Source: Cenarchaeum sp. (GTDB taxonomy: Archaea > Thermoproteota > Nitrososphaeria > Nitrososphaerales > Nitrosopumilaceae). Taken from it: a stretch of DNA of 64,000 nt. A program made the position numbers and the translations under genes. Positions 59,963 to 64,000 of the stretch are shown here, in pieces (the stretch's first letter is position 1; each line of letters starts with the position of its first letter). The notes below the pieces were generated by a model, which saw only the letters and a list, made by a program, of their open reading frames with translations, ran no database searches and had not been told where the DNA came from. The stretch spans positions 512,001-576,000 of the forward strand of contig CBDESU010000002.1 of the NCBI GenBank assembly GCA_965242695.1, read 5' to 3'.

Positions 59963-62525
59963 CGCTGCTCGCCCCGTCCTCTCCTCCTCCCCCGATCGAC
60001 TTGCGCTCGCACTCTTGCAGGGCCGCCTCGATCGCATCGACGGCGTTTTCCTCGCTCTGGTCCAGCTCGACCCTGTCGCCGTATGCTCGGATCGCGCCGC
60101 CGGACATCTGGGCCATTGTCCTGCACAGTTCGGCGACCTCCTTTGCCTTGCCGAACTTTACAGGCGGTTCCATCTTCATCAGCCATATGAGGAGCGCCTC
60201 GTACTTGACCGGCGTAGTCGGAACTTCCCTCTGGTACCCTGCAATGGCGCTAATAATCCTGCGGTACGGCGGGCGCCTGACATCCCTCTTGGCGATCCGG
60301 TCGACCCACGCCGCGCTCTCCTCCGGCATCTTGCACTCGCGGAACAGCCCGCGCATGTCGGCCAGCCCGACCAGCTTTACAGGGCGGAGGCGGACGAGGC
60401 GGGCCAGATCGGCGGTGCGGATCAAGGTGATCGTGGCGGGGCCGCTGTCGCCGCCGGCAGTGATGTCGACGGACTTGCTGATCGACGACTCTGCGCTGCC
60501 CCCCTGGAACGCCGGCCCGACCACGATCGCGTGATCGCACTCGTGATCCCTGCAGTGGCTTGCCACCGCGCTGACGTCGACGGCCTTTGCGGACACCGCC
60601 TTGGCGCTGCCGCCGTCCGCCTTGCTCTTGGCCTCTATGCTCACCGCGTACCTGCGCACCGCGTCCTTCTCGTCCGCGGCCAGCCTCGCCGTGGCGATTC
60701 CGTCGGGCTGGCCCTTGCCGCCGATCGGACTCACGTCGAATCCCAAGCTTCGGAACGCATCGCAGACGCACTTTTCAAACTCCTTTGGCGTCTGTGCCCC
60801 TTCCAGCGCGCTGGCCACTTGCGGCGGGCTCTGCCGTCCCGACTCGTAGGCCAGGGATCTCAGGTGCCTGTCCCTTGCCGTGACCATATCCTCGATCATT
60901 CCCGGGTCGAGCCCGTCTTGGTACATCCGCGCCTCGGCCGCTACATCGCTCATGACGAGCAGCTCTAGGGGCAGACTGTGCTTTTTGTTGGTAAACTCGT
61001 CGTCAAACGCCACGACAAACGGGTGCTGGGCATTGATGCGCAGGCGCCTCGACACGCAGTCGAACTTTGCGATCACATCCTCTGGATCCCCGTCGCGGTC
61101 CATCTCCCGCCCCGTGATGAACGCCTCCGGCTTCATCACGCTGTGATCTAGGCGCGCAAGAGCTTCTTCGCGCCGGTCGTGCCCGCTGCTAGGAACCGCC
61201 AGGTGGCGCGACATGGCCTTGCCGGCCGAGACAGCCCTGGCCAGAGCCGCGATTGGACGGCGCGACAGGCTGGCCGGCCCCGCCGACACCCTGTTGGCCA
61301 GCTTTTCGTCGGGTGCGTTGCCGCGGTCGTACTCGTCCATCGCCTTGCGAACCGTGTTGAAGATGCCGCGGAGTACGTCTCGGGCCGCGCTGGCCGCCTC
61401 GCTGTCGCCGACGGCTTCCCTGCTTGAGCGGAGGACGTCGTCGAGTTTGTCGATGTGTACTACTGCCCGAAAGCGCGAAAATGTGCCGTGCCTAAGCTCG
61501 TTGGGCTGTATTCCAAAGTGTCCGTCGGCCTCGTTGAGGAGGCGGCCGCGCGTATAGACAAAGAATCCGCTGCTTCGGCCCCAGTCGTCGGACTTGCCGG
61601 TCAGGGCGCTCTCGTACATTTCGGCATGCCCCGTGACGCGGCCTAGGCCGTCCACATCTAGTCCGAACCTGTGCCCGCTCGAGGGAGGCAGGCGCGCGTC
61701 TTCCGATGCGCTTGCATCCGGGGCCGGCCGCGGCAGGCTCTCAATGTCCCTGCCGAGGACCCACCTCTTGATCGGATCCCTGTCCTCCTTGCTGGGCCTG
61801 ATCCTCTCGCCGTTGAGCCACACGGCAAAGTCCGCCTGCAGGGGAAGCGCCGTGCGTAGCACCCAAGCGAGCCTGCCCTCCCTGATCTGGTCGGACATGG
61901 GCTTGAGGTCGGACATGACGCTGACCGTCCATGACTGGGGGCTGTCCCTGCCGAAGAGTCGCACCTTGGACCTCTTGAACAAGGGCGTGTCAACCCACTC
62001 AGAGACGGACCGCCTTGCCTCCGCCTCTGTCATGCGGAACAGCGGTATCGTGACGGGGTCTTCGGATCCGACCTCGCCGTTGGTGCGGTTGTTGATCGCG
62101 CTGTATTCCATCGATGCGGAATAGTAGGCCTTTCCGCACTTGCTGACGTGGGTGAGGCGGTTGGCCAGGACGTAGGTTGCAAGCTTGCCTATTCCGAACT
62201 TGCCGATCTGCTTTCGGTCCATGGGGGTATTTTGAAGAAGGCGCTTGTCGGTGCGCCCTATGAACCAGTGCCTTTTGAGGCCCTCGGCGTCCATGCCCTC
62301 GCCGTCGTCGATTACCGCTATTGTCCCCTCCCCGGCGGCGGGCCTCGCAAGGACATGGACGTTCGTGGCGCCGGCGTCGAACGAGTTTGCCACCAGCTCT
62401 TCGATGGCCTTGTTGGGGCTGGTGTACAGGCCCTCAGAGAACAACTTGACTATCTTGTGGCTCAGCCTGACATCGATGCTGCCGGCCTTCTGCCCCAGCG
62501 AGGCAAAAGCATGCTTGCTGTCCAT
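59946..62525 (-). CDS. MORC-like GHKL ATPase fused to a C-terminal Mrr-like PD-(D/E)xK nuclease
   Basis: LYTSPNKAIEELVANSFDAGA, DDGEGM and GKFGIGKLA. C-terminal FEKCVCDAFRSLGF...GQPDG...IEAKS. Overlaps the methyltransferase start. Confidence 0.85.
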   Translation of the reverse strand: MDSKHAFASLGQKAGSIDVRLSHKIVKLFSEGLYTSPNKAIEELVANSFDAGATNVHVLARPAAGEGTIAVIDDGEGMDAEGLKRHWFIGRTDKRLLQNTPMDRKQIGKFGIGKLATYVLANRLTHVSKCGKAYYSASMEYSAINNRTNGEVGSEDPVTIPLFRMTEAEARRSVSEWVDTPLFKRSKVRLFGRDSPQSWTVSVMSDLKPMSDQIREGRLAWVLRTALPLQADFAVWLNGERIRPSKEDRDPIKRWVLGRDIESLPRPAPDASASEDARLPPSSGHRFGLDVDGLGRVTGHAEMYESALTGKSDDWGRSSGFFVYTRGRLLNEADGHFGIQPNELRHGTFSRFRAVVHIDKLDDVLRSSREAVGDSEAASAARDVLRGIFNTVRKAMDEYDRGNAPDEKLANRVSAGPASLSRRPIAALARAVSAGKAMSRHLAVPSSGHDRREEALARLDHSVMKPEAFITGREMDRDGDPEDVIAKFDCVSRRLRINAQHPFVVAFDDEFTNKKHSLPLELLVMSDVAAEARMYQDGLDPGMIEDMVTARDRHLRSLAYESGRQSPPQVASALEGAQTPKEFEKCVCDAFRSLGFDVSPIGGKGQPDGIATARLAADEKDAVRRYAVSIEAKSKADGGSAKAVSAKAVDVSAVASHCRDHECDHAIVVGPAFQGGSAESSISKSVDITAGGDSGPATITLIRTADLARLVRLRPVKLVGLADMRGLFRECKMPEESAAWVDRIAKRDVRRPPYRRIISAIAGYQREVPTTPVKYEALLIWLMKMEPPVKFGKAKEVAELCRTMAQMSGGAIRAYGDRVELDQSEENAVDAIEAALQECERKSIGGGGEDGASSDGAGA

Positions 62526-62616
62526 GGAGTCCGTGTCGCGGCGGGTGTTATATGGCTTAGGCAGGGGCGCGGCGCGGGCGCCTCCGGACGGGCGGGCGGC
62601 CCTAGGCGCGGGCGCC

Positions 62617-62814
62617 CTACCTTTTCCGCAGCAGGGCTCTGCAGGCGGCCCGCAGGCGGCCGCCGGCGGTCGGCCGCCCCCCGCACATGGCGTTGATCTC
62701 GGACTTGGTAGTGTTCTCGACGCTGAAGTTGAGGCGTATGATATGCGAGGTAATGTTGCCCTCGGAGCCTAACAGTGACCTGGCTATCTCCACATCCCTT
62801 TTGCTGGCGGGCAT
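62617..62814 (-). CDS. Small basic hypothetical protein (copy 2)
   Basis: RDVEIARSL...ITSHIIRLNFSVENTTKSEI. TTATA box at about 62839-62843. Confidence 0.65.
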   Translation of the reverse strand: MPASKRDVEIARSLLGSEGNITSHIIRLNFSVENTTKSEINAMCGGRPTAGGRLRAACRALLRKR

Positions 62815-62999
62815 TGCCGCAGGGCCGGACCGCCCCACTATAAGGCATGCTAGGCCGCAGCGGGACGATCCAAGGGGTGCCAGGGGGCGGGGCACCCGCG
62901 CCGCCGCAGATGCACAGGCCCCGCTCGATCACTCACCGCCCCGCTCTCCGCGGCATCGAGGCATGTGCGGGGCCGCCCGCGGCCCGCCTCCCGCCGATG

Positions 63000-64000
63000 C
63001 TAGGCCCCAATGTCCATTTCGGCCACGCTCCTGAACGCCCCGCTGTCGTCGACGCCGGTTATGACAAGCGGTATTTCGGCGTCGAGCGCGGCGGGGCTTC
63101 TTCGCTGATCGTCGATCTCGTAGTCCCAGCAGAGCGGATCGTACTGGTTACCCGCAAGGTCCTCGTAGTGCAGCCTCAGCTCGACCCGCGTTGCCGGCAG
63201 CCTGATCCCTGCCGCGCCCTGCGGCTCCATCTTCAGGCTCTCGCCTACGTTGCGGCGCAGTATGTCGGACAGTGCCAGGGCAACGCACGCCTCCACGGCC
63301 CTGTGCATGCCCGCCGCGGGCCGCCCGCCCGGCCCGCCTCCGGGACCCGGCAGGGCGGCGGCCGGCTCCCCTCCCTGACCGAGCCGATCCGGCATGCCGT
63401 CCATGCCCTCGCCGGCGCAAGGGGCCGCCCTCGGCTCGGACGCAGTCTGCTCCACGTGCTCGGGGCGGACTTGGACGGCGCTGGCGCGGGATTCGTCTTC
63501 CCCGTTCGACCCCCCGCGTACGGCCATCCCTAGTGCCTCGTCTAGAATCGACTGGCCGCCCGACGCCACTCCGCCGTGCACGGTGCATTCGGCGCGCAGC
63601 TTGACATCCCCAAAGCCAGAGTACCGCAGGGTCACGGGGAGCCGCAGCGTCTGGCCGTCCCCGTCGCCGATCACCAGCCTTCTCGGCATGTCGCCCCCGA
63701 ACTGCAGCAAGGGCCTGAATATCCTCACGTTCGCCGCAACCGTGCCTGCCGTGCCGTCGGTGTACTCGAGCTCTACCGTCACGGGCACCTCCGCTCCCAG
63801 CGCCTCAAACGGCGCCGAGGTGGCCACGGCCACCCCAAAGTAGTCGTAGTCGGACATGCTGTCCCTGTTTAGCGGCCCGGCCTGCAGCGTCCGGCCCTGC
63901 AGCGCGCAGCCGGGCATGTTTATGACGTCGCGAACCTCTAGCGAGTCGTCTAGGCGGATGCGCGCGGACCTTATCGTGGGCGTGACGGCCTTTGGTATGC
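63000..64000 (-). CDS. Hypothetical beta-rich protein; 5' end beyond the window
   Basis: The frame of ORF 63000-63917 stays open to the window edge (IPKAVTPTIRSARIRLDDSLEVRDVIN...). Confidence 0.6.
   Translation of the reverse strand, partial: IPKAVTPTIRSARIRLDDSLEVRDVINMPGCALQGRTLQAGPLNRDSMSDYDYFGVAVATSAPFEALGAEVPVTVELEYTDGTAGTVAANVRIFRPLLQFGGDMPRRLVIGDGDGQTLRLPVTLRYSGFGDVKLRAECTVHGGVASGGQSILDEALGMAVRGGSNGEDESRASAVQVRPEHVEQTASEPRAAPCAGEGMDGMPDRLGQGGEPAAALPGPGGGPGGRPAAGMHRAVEACVALALSDILRRNVGESLKMEPQGAAGIRLPATRVELRLHYEDLAGNQYDPLCWDYEIDDQRRSPAALDAEIPLVITGVDDSGAFRSVAEMDIGA

Noticed and set aside
59196-60968. 590-aa plus-strand ORF (and similar long antisense ORFs at 15300-16959 and 54016-55665)
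   Set aside because: Shadows of motif-bearing genes on the opposite strand, expected at this GC content.
1-64000. tRNA/rRNA genes, integrase or att sites bounding the island
   Set aside because: None recognised by eye. tRNAscan-SE/Infernal would be needed to exclude them.

Overview
High-GC archaeal DNA. Most real starts have a TATA-like box about 25 nt upstream, and the thermonuclease-like and zinc-ribbon genes near 54-55 kb resemble Nitrosopumilaceae (Thaumarchaeota) proteins. Almost the whole window is a defence or conflict island. It carries an Mrr N-terminal domain, AIPR, a GHKL-zincin protein, two copies of a GIY-YIG + PD-(D/E)xK mini-operon, a wHTH/YwgA-like/Hachiman-like nuclease + Ski2 helicase operon, HEPN, SIR2, a frameshifted WD40-Roc-COR gene and IetA with a decayed IetS. 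It also carries a complete prokaryotic ubiquitin-like operon (Ubl, E2, JAB-E1) plus a second Ubl-E2 fusion, an LpxA-like acyltransferase, two SPPY methyltransferases, a MORC/GHKL-REase, an orphan Panacea, an orphan HicB, and a Lamassu/ABC-3C pair without an effector. Mobile DNA comprises an IS5-family element nested in an IS66-like transposase, an IS66 remnant and a 91-bp palindromic MITE; removing the IS5 element or the MITE restores the interrupted reading frame. The best candidate for an undescribed system is the 37.5-48.5 kb cluster: six YwgA/SocA/DarG-CTD-like wHTH paralogs (a seventh lies in the Hachiman-like operon) interleaved with two stand-alone copies of the helicase N-terminal helical domain, next to the ubiquitin-like operon. 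All assignments are by-eye motif recognition; no searches were run.
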